Part shown: in pieces, positions 11,001-20,444 of the stretch
How the letters are laid out: each line of letters starts with the position of its first letter
Position numbering within the stretch: the stretch's first letter is position 1
From: an uncultured Methanoregula sp.
GTDB taxonomy: Archaea > Halobacteriota > Methanomicrobia > Methanomicrobiales > Methanospirillaceae
Reading direction: 5' to 3'
Assembly: GCA_964503195.1 (NCBI GenBank)
Contig: CAZCZK010000001.1
Span: 1-62,944, forward strand
Length of the DNA stretch: 62,944 bases
Notes under the pieces: model-generated
Databases searched by the model: none
Told to the model about the DNA's origin: nothing
Seen by the model: only the letters and a program-made list of their open reading frames with translations
Made by a program: the position numbers and the translations under genes

Positions 11001-11837
11001 TCTCGTTCCCACCTGATTGAAGGTGCCTACGAGGCGATCGATTTCTTCCCTTCAATGGGAGAAAATGGGAAATGGCTCCATTTCACAGCCGCACCCATCT
11101 ACGATACGGAGCAGAATATCATTGCTGCCCTCGAGACGATCATAGACATCACGGATCTGAAACTTGCTGAAGAGACCGTGAAGAGTGCAAATGTTAAACT
11201 TAATACTTTGACCAAGGTTACCCGCCATGACGTTATCAACCAGCTCACGATCCTGCTGGGTTATATCGAAGTCCTTGAACAGGCTCTGCCGGGGAATACC
11301 AGCATAAAAAAACATGCAGAGAAGATAAAAAATGCAGCACAAACAATCCAGAATCTTGTTGTGTTCACGCGGGAGTACCAGAACCTCGGAATGGAACTGG
11401 CACGCTGGTACTCCCTGGATAAACTCATCCATAATGCAATAGAAAAGGCCAATGCCCGCTCGCTGAAGATTACTCTTGATCCAAGACCTGTTTCAATCTA
11501 CACGGATCCCCTCATAGAAAGGGTATTTGAAAATCTCGTTGACAACGCAACCCGGTACGGGAAGACTGTTTCCGAGATCCGGGTATCCTTTGATGATGCT
11601 AATCATACCGGGAAGATTATTTTTGAGGACAACGGGACTGGAATTCCGGCTGAACTGAAAAACAAGATCTTCACCAAGGATGCAGGAAAAACAACGGCTT
11701 TCGGCCTTTTTATATCAAAGGAGATCCTGGGGTACCATGGCATCTCAATACAAGAGACCGGAGAGCCGGGAAAAGGGGCCCGGTTTGAGATTGGCGTGCC
11801 AACGGCACGGTATAAAATCGGTAAAGAACAGGGTTAG
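8097..11837 (+). CDS. Multi-PAS sensor histidine kinase with N-terminal winged HTH
   Basis: GLTVTEIARHIHMNRNSAAKYL HTH; about 7 PAS/PAC units ending in DITE/DISE; H-box RHDVINQL; N-box ENLVDNA; G1 EDNGTG. Confidence 0.92.
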   Translation: MEKYDQELDQIKKLLRGSAKGLTVTEIARHIHMNRNSAAKYLDILLTSGLVEMKTAGSAKIYSLSKRVPVSAILSLSSDYIFVIDNDSIITYVNDNVLNFEKKTAEEIIGKPVDILPLAFFSVPGIHSLITEGISGQEILREFEVRKDTKPFFFRAKFVPSLLENRKKGLLLFLEDITEIKKYQKQLEKTVAEQDKELTTSYQKLTSEQEISKEVKGAYEESERRYHNLIELAQEGVLTIDPDGIITFSNLKSSEILGEPAEEIKGRSIFSFIDQTNAAGLKKSITRLKSGHPQCFDLTFNKKDGTPAYTRLTASSGLDENGTFSYGLFLISDISELKKADEAVQKSDLHYRTLIETMPNGVITMNMEGIIKTANIHAAKMLGYITIEDAIGKNLFDYIAPTDLEKCTSALKRATDNGIYKNTECTLISEDSTGFCVELNISAIQTEFTQPALKNQDTPPAVFVCIITDITERRKAEYLVRKSEEKHRALVEGISNIIFTTDTKGKLTYVSPVIQQNFGYDPRELAGKHFYMLTPPDERYKIGLMLKNALSEKTSPEEFRMVDKTGHLHNVRIIAQPFKEKDKPAGINGLIEDITNMKKAEIKLKKIELQYKAVVEDQSDLICRFRPDFSITFVNPAFSRYYQTPKDMILEKDLFTLLSSEEQKKIREIIGNLTIERPVNTFEHESVSGKGSRHSYYTTIRSIYDVNGEATEFQMSSRDITELQEYYEKSQRLLEELQTRQKELEAQNDELRILRQQAEHSEREYLDLYDSAPAGYFTLAPNGKIIQVNQTGATLLGKTREEIRDSSLQDYISPEKRDTFLTFCKQVFGSIGKQKCEIPLYRADTGEHLVIQADGKRIEEEPGAENRCRIIMADITDRVMAETALREREDQLKKMIEGSSVPIFVIDRNHQVLYWNKAMSACTGVKTGEMVGTSQHWKGFYTSDRPCLADLLIDGAIDEIPRLYPDIASRSHLIEGAYEAIDFFPSMGENGKWLHFTAAPIYDTEQNIIAALETIIDITDLKLAEETVKSANVKLNTLTKVTRHDVINQLTILLGYIEVLEQALPGNTSIKKHAEKIKNAAQTIQNLVVFTREYQNLGMELARWYSLDKLIHNAIEKANARSLKITLDPRPVSIYTDPLIERVFENLVDNATRYGKTVSEIRVSFDDANHTGKIIFEDNGTGIPAELKNKIFTKDAGKTTAFGLFISKEILGYHGISIQETGEPGKGARFEIGVPTARYKIGKEQG

Positions 11838-11949
11838 GGATACTGCCTTTTAGGATCTGAGGTATGCTGGCGGTTCGGGTTTTGGCCGTTACCGTATAAA
11901 AAAATGAGTTTTGATGAACCGGATAAAACGGTGAACCTGTTTTTTCCCC

Positions 11950-12444
11950 TTATTGCAGCATTTTCTGGGCACGGTCCCGGTTCTCCTGAGCTTCGGTAAA
12001 CTCGGGTGCTATCTGGAGTGCCCGATCAAAGGAGTCGCGTGCGGCCGAATAATTACCAACAGCCATCAACGCTTTCCCCCGGTTGTTCCAGACATAAGGG
12101 ACAAGAGTATTTCGTTCAAGTACCACATCATAAACCGCTATCGCTTCCGCAGAACGGTTCAGTTCCAGGAGAACATTCCCCTTATCTATCCACGCCCGGT
12201 TATACCCCGGATCCGCCGCTATCGCCTGATCGTAGAGATCAAGGGCCGCAGTGTAGTTTCCCGTGCTGTATGCAGCAAATCCCTGTTTATGAAGGTCGAG
12301 TGCTGCTGGAACCGCTGTCGTTGGCAGAGGTGTTGGGGAGGAGGTTGTTCCCGTAGTTTCCGTTTTATTTCCCAAACACCCCAGACTGAGCACGGTCACC
12401 AGCAGGAGGGCGATTAATCCCAGGACGATTCCTTTTCTGCGCAT
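11950..12444 (-). CDS. TPR-repeat lipoprotein
   Basis: Lipobox SLGC, Thr/Pro linker, about 3 TPR units (AWIDKG..L..L..AI..YD, VWNNRG..L). Confidence 0.88.
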   Translation of the reverse strand: MRRKGIVLGLIALLLVTVLSLGCLGNKTETTGTTSSPTPLPTTAVPAALDLHKQGFAAYSTGNYTAALDLYDQAIAADPGYNRAWIDKGNVLLELNRSAEAIAVYDVVLERNTLVPYVWNNRGKALMAVGNYSAARDSFDRALQIAPEFTEAQENRDRAQKMLQ

Positions 12445-12642
12445 GGTTTTTTAGTGGAACCTGAAAATGGATAAATGTAACTGGTTTACAGGAGAGAAAT
12501 GAACGCCAGTCTTTTGGGTATACTCTGATACTCAAGAGGGATGCGTTCACTATCCCCGATCTGAAAAGGGTCAGATCCCTTATAACGGAAACGACCCATT
12601 CAGAAACGAAAAGAAAAAAGATTATTGTGGATAGGTATCAGG

Positions 12643-13359
12643 TTATTCTTTCTTTGTCCTGACATATTCCACTGCGCCTGCTAACCCAATCAGCATTGCG
12701 ACCGGGAGAGCAAGAGTCGGGAACTCAGGAGAGGGAATGTTATGTTCCGGGATATAAACCCTGATAGCTATTGGCTGGGCTACCCAGTCATTCGCATCCT
12801 TCGTCAAGAGGGCAACGTAGTACTGGCCTTCTCCGGGAACAAAGGAACCAGCTGCAGCTGACTGGACAGCAGTCCAGTACGCCTGGAACTTCGCGTTATC
12901 ATAGGTTTTGATGTATGCATTGTCAGTGTACGGACCCGGTGAACTCTTTCCACCATCGAGCTTCCATAAGGCTGCCTGGGTTATCTTCCAGTCATCTGCA
13001 GAAGCGGTAAATCCATACTTGCTGCCATCAAATACATTGTTGGCGATCCAGTTGACTCTGTTCCATTCAATGGTACCCATGTAGTCAGGGTATGAGTTTG
13101 CGATTCTGGTATCCCATGTGGTCCATTCAGTACCATACCATTTCCCAAAAATCTTCCAACCCATACACATGGCATCTTGAGAGCCGGCCGGAAGTTCTGT
13201 GTCACCATTCTGGGTTACTATCTTGAAATAACTGTTTGGTGAATTGGGGCCAGTGATGTCGGCGTTCTTAATGGTCAGTGTAGCAGGTAACGCTGATGCT
13301 ACAGATACAAAGGCAAGCGCCGCAATCAACATCAGTATTACAAATTTCATCTTTCTCAT
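12643..13359 (-). CDS. PEF-CTERM surface protein with putative thioester (TED/TQXA) domain
   Basis: Signal peptide; C-terminal IPSPEFPT + TM helix + RTKKE; single Cys (DAMC), TQAALW and distal VAQPI. GGAGG RBS upstream. Confidence 0.88.
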   Translation of the reverse strand: MRKMKFVILMLIAALAFVSVASALPATLTIKNADITGPNSPNSYFKIVTQNGDTELPAGSQDAMCMGWKIFGKWYGTEWTTWDTRIANSYPDYMGTIEWNRVNWIANNVFDGSKYGFTASADDWKITQAALWKLDGGKSSPGPYTDNAYIKTYDNAKFQAYWTAVQSAAAGSFVPGEGQYYVALLTKDANDWVAQPIAIRVYIPEHNIPSPEFPTLALPVAMLIGLAGAVEYVRTKKE

Positions 13360-13656
13360 AATCACTCCTCCTGGAGATGATGTATACTATTTCACCGGTA
13401 TGTTATTAATAGATGCTTGGCACCAATGCAAGGCAACCCCTGTGTTTATATTTAACTCACGCTTGTTTGCAGGAATAGGTTGGCGAAACCGTGGAGAGGG
13501 TTCGGGACGATGGGGTACAATAGTAATCGGTTCAGTTGAGAGATAGTATGGTGCTTTTTTATCTCACCGTGATAGCCATGGTCGATAAGGGTGTCTTCAC
13601 CTGCTCCCGTATGAATAAAACAACCTTGCAGTACCGTTACAGAGATTTTCCGTTCG

Positions 13657-16188
13657 TCAGTTTGGGGTGAAAACGGATAATATCCGTTTTGCAAGATTTA
13701 CGAAAAATGTTGCTACATCATTGCTGTCTCCTGATACAGATGGCGTCTCACGGGTTTCAGGGGGCTTTTGTTGTGCGATGCTACCGGCTCGTTTTTCAAT
13801 CTTACTGCTATCAACATGCTGTTGGAATATGTCACCCTGAAGGTCCGGTTCCCCCTGGATTCGATAATCGAGTGAGGCATTTCCCTTGTTTGCTGATACG
13901 GAGTCAGTCTTCTTCGACAGGGTGATCCAGGGATTGTTTTGATACTTCAGGTACGATCCGCCAAGAAGGGTTACCTCTGCGTTATCAGCACCCTGGCGGA
14001 TAAAAGCCGTATCAGCATCGGTCGAGAATCCGGCAAATGAGGAGGTTCCTTTTCCGGTGTAGATGTAATCATCAGACGATGCTGAACTCACCTTTACCGC
14101 ATGTCCTGTCCCGGTTACAGGGATTTCGGTTGCAGATTTGGGGACTTCATCAGCGTAACTGGAGAGGAGGGCGGTGACCCGGTATTCCGAGGTGGTAGCC
14201 GGGGTCCTGAAGTACACAACCGGTGAATACACTTCTGACTCTGCAGAATATCCCCCGATTCTGCCGGTATTCTTTTCAATCAGGATTTCTGAGGAGGGCG
14301 CCGAGAATAAATTGAGCTGGACATCTTTTCCGTAGGGATTTTTGGTAGTCCAGGTGAGGGAATTCGTTGTAACGCCGGTAGGTGTTTCGGTTTTTGGCGA
14401 CAACGGCAGCCAGGTATAGGACGTTGATCCGATGACAAGGTTTCCATTGACATGCCCGATTTCTCCGGTATACTTGCCGTCTTTATTTGCATCAACTGTC
14501 GGGGTGACCATAAGGCTGGTTGGTCGGAAGATAGTGCGGTAAACCCAGGGCTGCGAACCTTCAAACCGGTCTACCACAACGAAATAGTCGGTGTCCGGGT
14601 ATACAATCGTGCGTTCGTACTGGACGGGGCTTGAAAGAGTCTGGGAAACACCATATCCTCCTGCATTCACTTTTGTGATGGAACCCGTGCTCTGCAGGAG
14701 CTGCATCCAGGGCACCTGGATGAGGGTGTTGACCGTCGCCGTCGTTGTAAGAACACCGCTCGATCCCTTAAAAATACCCGCTGATGTGCTGCCGGACATT
14801 GGTGTGAGCGCAAACGGGGTTCTCGGATCTTCAAGTGCTATGGTATTGTGATGGATAGCATACTCGCCATACGAACCTGTGTGCTTGGGTTCCCCGGCAT
14901 CAGCGAGGAGCAGGTCCCCGCGGCTGTAGTATTCAAACGCCAGCTGGTCATGATGCATCATGTCCCGGTTGCTTACGTCTGCTTTGTTCCAGGTAATCAG
15001 GGATAGCCAGTCCGCGTCGTCATTCCAGTTTTCACGGAATACCTGGTATATACTCTCGGGATCCAGATGGCTGATAGTAGCCGGAAAGGTACGGGGGATT
15101 GATGCATACTTTCCATAAACGCAATAGAGAAGTGCGCCGGAAGGGTTGCCCCCCATTGCTGAACTGTAGGGTAAAATCTTCGATGATTCTACCCGGTCGA
15201 GGTGGTTGAGTACCTGGCCTTTTTCACTATCCGACAGGAGGCTGATAAACCCTTTTTGATACGTCCATCTGGTGTTCCCGTTGGTGATGAAATTATTGCT
15301 GTAACCGTTTGGCAGGGATTCCCAGAGTTCGGAGGTGAAGGCTTTTTTTACTGCAGGGTATTTTTCCAACAGGTTTTCGCCGTAGGTATGGTTAGCAACC
15401 TGGAGCCATGTCGCGTACTCCGCGGTATAATAGGATTTATAGGCACCGATATAGTTTTTCCCGGTGGTTTCCTCAAACCCGTAACTGAAAAGCGATCGGC
15501 CCGAAGAATGGAGCTTATCATCCTCAAAAAGATATACCGTTCCGACTTTATTCCAGTCCGCCGGGGTTGACGATAGCGGCAGGTTATGGGGGTTGGTATA
15601 ATCTGATAGTGCTGCACCGGCAACTCCCACCATCGGGTATGCCTGACCATGGTAATCGGCAAATGTCACGTACTTCAGGTTTTTTCCATTGTCGTTGAGA
15701 TCTTTATAGACAGTATCAGCTAGCGTAGCTAATTTATCCCGGATAGTTGCATCCGTTGCTGGATCGAGCGACGGCTGGATGAAATCATAGGCGAGCGAAT
15801 AGGATCCTAACGCCAGAGCCCGGTCTGTTTTTCCGGATACCGTACCTACATCCAGATTCAGGAGGGCTTCACGGCCTTTCTGCGCATATTGGGGTTTTTT
15901 TGTTATCTGATAGGCAAGACCAAGATATTCGGCAAATCCTCCACGATACAATACCCGGTCATAGCTGCCCAGCGAACCGGTAAAATCGCGGGAAAGTGAC
16001 TGGTCTGCACCTGACAGGATACCCGATTCCCAGCTCTTCCAGGGTGCTATGGTGCGATACTGGTAACCCGGTGTTTCTCCGATGTTGTTAAATAATAATG
16101 CAGGATGGACAATCGGTGCTGCTGAAGTCATGACCGGAAACAGGATGAGGATGAGGAAAAATGCCCCAAACCCATGGGATATTTTCAT
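13657..16188 (-). CDS. Secreted heparinase II/III-like polysaccharide lyase (copy 1)
   Basis: Signal peptide from ATG 16188; helical toroid-like N-half; HHDQLAFEYYSRGDLLLADAG...Y...HNT heparinase II/III pattern. Confidence 0.78.
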   Translation of the reverse strand: MKISHGFGAFFLILILFPVMTSAAPIVHPALLFNNIGETPGYQYRTIAPWKSWESGILSGADQSLSRDFTGSLGSYDRVLYRGGFAEYLGLAYQITKKPQYAQKGREALLNLDVGTVSGKTDRALALGSYSLAYDFIQPSLDPATDATIRDKLATLADTVYKDLNDNGKNLKYVTFADYHGQAYPMVGVAGAALSDYTNPHNLPLSSTPADWNKVGTVYLFEDDKLHSSGRSLFSYGFEETTGKNYIGAYKSYYTAEYATWLQVANHTYGENLLEKYPAVKKAFTSELWESLPNGYSNNFITNGNTRWTYQKGFISLLSDSEKGQVLNHLDRVESSKILPYSSAMGGNPSGALLYCVYGKYASIPRTFPATISHLDPESIYQVFRENWNDDADWLSLITWNKADVSNRDMMHHDQLAFEYYSRGDLLLADAGEPKHTGSYGEYAIHHNTIALEDPRTPFALTPMSGSTSAGIFKGSSGVLTTTATVNTLIQVPWMQLLQSTGSITKVNAGGYGVSQTLSSPVQYERTIVYPDTDYFVVVDRFEGSQPWVYRTIFRPTSLMVTPTVDANKDGKYTGEIGHVNGNLVIGSTSYTWLPLSPKTETPTGVTTNSLTWTTKNPYGKDVQLNLFSAPSSEILIEKNTGRIGGYSAESEVYSPVVYFRTPATTSEYRVTALLSSYADEVPKSATEIPVTGTGHAVKVSSASSDDYIYTGKGTSSFAGFSTDADTAFIRQGADNAEVTLLGGSYLKYQNNPWITLSKKTDSVSANKGNASLDYRIQGEPDLQGDIFQQHVDSSKIEKRAGSIAQQKPPETRETPSVSGDSNDVATFFVNLAKRILSVFTPN
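15593..15768. repeat. 176-bp segment identical to 29137-29312 (paralogous lyase genes)
   Basis: Base-by-base comparison shows identity; flanking regions differ at many synonymous sites. Confidence 0.85.
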
Positions 16189-16398
16189 CTGCAAAACGCC
16201 TTCTCCTATAATAATCATTATTATCGGATTAAAAGCAGTTGGCAATGTACCAATGATCCAAAGGGGAGGCATGGATTCTTTTTGGGGGATCCTGCAAGGG
16301 CACTGGAGGAATAAAAGGATTTAACAATTTATCTTGGAATAACTAATACAGACAGATAGTGAGGTTGTATTCACTATCATGACACGGGTTTACTGAAG

Positions 16399-19300
16399 AT
16401 GCAAGGAAGAAGAAGCTGGCTGCACAAAATTCAACATTTTGTTGAAGCTTTTCGAACGAAAAATGCATGGAACAGATACTCGGTAATCTTATCTGTTTTT
16501 TTGCTGGCAGTTATTCTTATTTCCTTTGTTATACCGGTAATAACCTTTGGACGTTTTCTTGGAACTGACGATTATACCCATCTGTTCCATACCAAAATGA
16601 TGATTTCATCCAACGGGATGGAGGATTTTTATAATAAGATGGGGGATTACGTGTACAATCCCGCCAGTAGTGATAATGATTATAACTACCCGTTTGGATT
16701 ATGGCTCGTGGGAGCGACAATTGCAAAAATAACAGGGATGTCACTCACGAGTGCGGAATTGATGTTTGTTATTCTCTTTCTCCTGATTATTTTCGGCTCT
16801 TTTTATATATATTCCGGTACATTTCTGGAATTAAAAGAGCAGAAAATACTGGCCGTACTCTTTCTCCTCTCAATGCCTTCAACAACCCTTCAAATTTTAT
16901 CGTACCGTTCTTCTGTTTTTATCCTGCCGTTCCTGTATATTCTCCTGTACATTATGTTCAAGGAACCAGTTCAATGGCAGTTATTCCCGATTGTCTGGTT
17001 GTTCCTGTTTGTCATCACCATCAGTCATACGGGAACATTTATATTTCTTATTAGTTTTTTAATTGTGTTTTTCCTCTTGTATTGCTTATTGTGGGGGAAC
17101 ATTTCCTATCCGGTCTATATTACGATCCTCAGTTCGTTTGTCATTTATGTTTTCTCACTCGCATGGTTCCCTCACATTGCAAGTCAATACGCAATTAAAT
17201 CCACAATTTTTTTATCCCCGGGAAATCTCATTGAATCGAAACTGAATATTTCCCTGCTCTCGGAACTTGGACACCTTTTTTACCAGAATGCGCTCGTCAA
17301 TCAGGAGGTAATTTATTTCATCATAATCGGGGCGTTCATATTCACGGTCGGGAAATTATTGGTGTACATTCACCAGAAGGTTACTGAAAAATACTCGCAA
17401 ACGGCACGTGCTTATCCGGCTTCCATCCTGTCACTCGACATATCACATTCCGTAATTGCAGCACCATTCTGGCTTGGCCCGGTTCACGTGATTTTTTCAT
17501 TTTTCGGTTTTTTCCATATTAACCCGAAAGGGAAATGTATGCTCATCTCAGCATTACTTATCACCCTCTTACCTGAAGTTATGCTGAGTGCACAGGGAAT
17601 CAACGCGGCAACAGGATCGCTCAGGGAGATCAGTTATCTCACCATTATTATTCCCATCACCGCCGTTCTCGGTCTATGGGCGGTTATTTCGGCTCTTGGT
17701 TCCACCAGGCTCACGTATAAAAATCTGCTGGTATTCCTGGTATGGCTTCTTGTGTTACTGACCGTCATAATCACCCCGATACTGGCAACCACCTATTACT
17801 CTCCGAAAATTGCTGGTGAGGATTATATCAATGACGGAATGAAATGGCTTGGCGATACGGGAGATTTAAACGCCAAAGTCAGCGGATATGGCTACCGGAC
17901 GGTTCCCATTTACACAAATATGTCCGATGCCAGTTATGGACTGGCATCCGGAGGAGAGACAAGGACATATGTACGATTACTTAAAGAAATTTACTTTTCT
18001 TCTGTCGGAAACGGTGTGAATGATCTGAAGAATCTTTTCGGGGTGAAATATATCCTTGTATCCGATAAACTGATCACAAATTTCGGGGAAAATACCAGTT
18101 CTCTCAAGATTGACAACAACCCTGAATTGAATAAGATCTTCTCCAGTAAGGATTTTGGCGTCTACGAGGAGATTGCCACTTCAGAAGACCTGAAAGAAGC
18201 CAGGTTGTTGGCAGATAACGTTTCTTTCCAGCAGACCGGGTCTTCCCTCGAGATCGTAACTGACGTTTACAAGGTCGTTTTGAATGCAAATAATCCAATC
18301 ATAGAACAGTTTGGATCGCCCCGGGACAATTATCTTGGTGGCGGGGTTTTCTCGGATACTATTCAGCTCTCGGGACTACGGCGAATTCAAGTCGATATGT
18401 TTGGTACTGCTGAGGAATATTCAGAAGATCAGAAATCAATGGTAGATCGCTACAATTTGAATAGCCTGAACATTCCGTACGAGTTAAAAGATAATCAGAT
18501 CATCTACACGACCATCTTAAAAGATCAAAATGGTGATGATCAGGCATCATTACTTGTCCGGTATACGTTTTATCCAACCTGTGTCAAACGGGAATTCCTC
18601 ATATCGAATGACTGGGTAACAGCAACTTCTCCAGTAACACAAAATATGAAGGTGATTTTCGGAACACGGTTGTTTTCACCTCTCAATGATTTTATCATCA
18701 AAAACAATCAGAGCCGGTTAAAAAGACACATGTATCCCAATCTGGACAGTGTGGATTTGAACACAAAAATCCAGGGGTTGTATCTGTATAACGGGGACCA
18801 GGGTATTTATATAAAGAATGAGCCGACATCGACGTATCCCACTGAAATATATTATGCGGGATCCACCCTGTATAATTTAAGCAGCCTGAGTTTTTCGCAA
18901 GCTGCCTCGCTCACGCCGGGGGCCAGCCTGGATATCACCCAGTTCCTTGCACCAGGAGATGAGATCTCCGCAGAAGAGAATGTCCTGACCCGGGAGGGGA
19001 TTAGTCTCGTGAATTATCCTGACGGGATGATCCCAATCATGTTGTCCGGCTATCGTACCCTGAATTCAAATAGCAGTGCAGATGGTCCTCTGGAGAGGGG
19101 ATATCAGGTGTTACTGGAGGAGAATATTCCCTACTCCGAAGTGGTGGCTCCTTATGAGATCCAGGGTAATGCAGCTGATGTCCAAAACATGACAAAAGTT
19201 GATTTGAGAAAGATTACCAATAAAAATTCCAAGATTATCACCAGGGGAAGCGTTATAGATCCAGCGAGTATTTTTGAAGGATCACGGCGTTTTGGTAATT

Positions 19301-20331
19301 TCAGTACCCAGGAAGGATCCATTGCATCCATGATCGATTATGCAGACAGTTATAACGCACCTTTGATCGGGTATATGCCAGCCTCGATGGATTATAATCT
19401 GGATACCCTAAAAATTGTTTCCGACAACAACATCCCCCTGATCATTTCAAGAGGCGTGACTCCACCCTATCTGGGACTCTTCGGCATGCAAAATAAGTAT
19501 CCTCAGATGGCATCGTATCAGAATTCACCAACCGAAGTAGCGTTAATGCCTGTCTCCTCTCCCATGAGCAATTCACTTTCTACCCGGAACGTGTCAGGTA
19601 CAAATAATGCCCAGATATTTTCCTCATGGACCGCCTCCATCGATGAAGCAGCAATGACCAAGACAATGCTCTTCATGATCCTTCGATCCGAAGAGATCGG
19701 TAATCCGGATTTTACGGATAAATTTAAAGCGCTGTTTGCATATGCAAAAGACCACGGTCTGACATTTACCACACCGGATATCATTGCAGATCATCTGAAA
19801 AAAATGCAGAATATCCAGTGTTCCGGTTCGATTGATAATGACATAGCAACGATTAATCTGACAAATAATAATGATGCCCCGGTTCAGCAGGTTGCTGTCA
19901 GAATTGTGCTGCCCTCCCTGAAAAACGGTAATTATGTCGCGGACGGAGGGAATATCGTGAAAATGGAAGCGGATAACAAGAGCACGATTCTTTACGTGAG
20001 CACGGACATTTCCGCACATGCTGCCAGGGATATTACCATCGTACCGGATACCCGTCGTGAGAAGATCGTTGTGACCATCCCCCGGCAACCAATAGCCGGG
20101 GGGATAACCATTTCTCTGGAAGATAAAAACGGGAAACCATTAACGGACGCATATGCAATTATTGATTCAAAATATTATCAACCGGATGAAAAAGGGGATG
20201 TGAATGTTGATTTACAGCGGGGTATCCATTCGTTAGAGATCCGGTGTCCGGGATATGAGGTGTATACTTCAACCCTGAACGTGAAAGGCAGAATATATTT
20301 GCTTGAGCAGTTTTTCAGGAATGCCTCATGA
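16399..20331 (+). CDS. Large membrane protein: GT-C-like multi-TM domain + extracellular region with degenerate deacetylase-like and PEGA-like parts
   Basis: About 13 TM helices with first-loop GTDDYTH acidic motif; GVKYILV...KIFSS..FGVYE periplasmic motif; GYMPASMDYNLDTL; C-terminal GIHSLEIRCPGY. Confidence 0.65.
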   Translation: MQGRRSWLHKIQHFVEAFRTKNAWNRYSVILSVFLLAVILISFVIPVITFGRFLGTDDYTHLFHTKMMISSNGMEDFYNKMGDYVYNPASSDNDYNYPFGLWLVGATIAKITGMSLTSAELMFVILFLLIIFGSFYIYSGTFLELKEQKILAVLFLLSMPSTTLQILSYRSSVFILPFLYILLYIMFKEPVQWQLFPIVWLFLFVITISHTGTFIFLISFLIVFFLLYCLLWGNISYPVYITILSSFVIYVFSLAWFPHIASQYAIKSTIFLSPGNLIESKLNISLLSELGHLFYQNALVNQEVIYFIIIGAFIFTVGKLLVYIHQKVTEKYSQTARAYPASILSLDISHSVIAAPFWLGPVHVIFSFFGFFHINPKGKCMLISALLITLLPEVMLSAQGINAATGSLREISYLTIIIPITAVLGLWAVISALGSTRLTYKNLLVFLVWLLVLLTVIITPILATTYYSPKIAGEDYINDGMKWLGDTGDLNAKVSGYGYRTVPIYTNMSDASYGLASGGETRTYVRLLKEIYFSSVGNGVNDLKNLFGVKYILVSDKLITNFGENTSSLKIDNNPELNKIFSSKDFGVYEEIATSEDLKEARLLADNVSFQQTGSSLEIVTDVYKVVLNANNPIIEQFGSPRDNYLGGGVFSDTIQLSGLRRIQVDMFGTAEEYSEDQKSMVDRYNLNSLNIPYELKDNQIIYTTILKDQNGDDQASLLVRYTFYPTCVKREFLISNDWVTATSPVTQNMKVIFGTRLFSPLNDFIIKNNQSRLKRHMYPNLDSVDLNTKIQGLYLYNGDQGIYIKNEPTSTYPTEIYYAGSTLYNLSSLSFSQAASLTPGASLDITQFLAPGDEISAEENVLTREGISLVNYPDGMIPIMLSGYRTLNSNSSADGPLERGYQVLLEENIPYSEVVAPYEIQGNAADVQNMTKVDLRKITNKNSKIITRGSVIDPASIFEGSRRFGNFSTQEGSIASMIDYADSYNAPLIGYMPASMDYNLDTLKIVSDNNIPLIISRGVTPPYLGLFGMQNKYPQMASYQNSPTEVALMPVSSPMSNSLSTRNVSGTNNAQIFSSWTASIDEAAMTKTMLFMILRSEEIGNPDFTDKFKALFAYAKDHGLTFTTPDIIADHLKKMQNIQCSGSIDNDIATINLTNNNDAPVQQVAVRIVLPSLKNGNYVADGGNIVKMEADNKSTILYVSTDISAHAARDITIVPDTRREKIVVTIPRQPIAGGITISLEDKNGKPLTDAYAIIDSKYYQPDEKGDVNVDLQRGIHSLEIRCPGYEVYTSTLNVKGRIYLLEQFFRNAS

Positions 20332-20444
20332 TGTCCCGGGTGCAGGGCGGATGATGCGAGGGGTGAGAATGGTTTGTTTTAACTCCAATAAAAACTGACA
20401 GGTTCGATAAAGAGTAAGAAAAAATTCATAACCGGGTATCCACA

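Noticed and set aside
8010-16256. Shared TGCAAGGC / ACCAAT words upstream of the kinase, PEF-CTERM and lyase genes as a regulon motif
   Set aside because: Spacing and orientation are inconsistent; too short to distinguish from chance.
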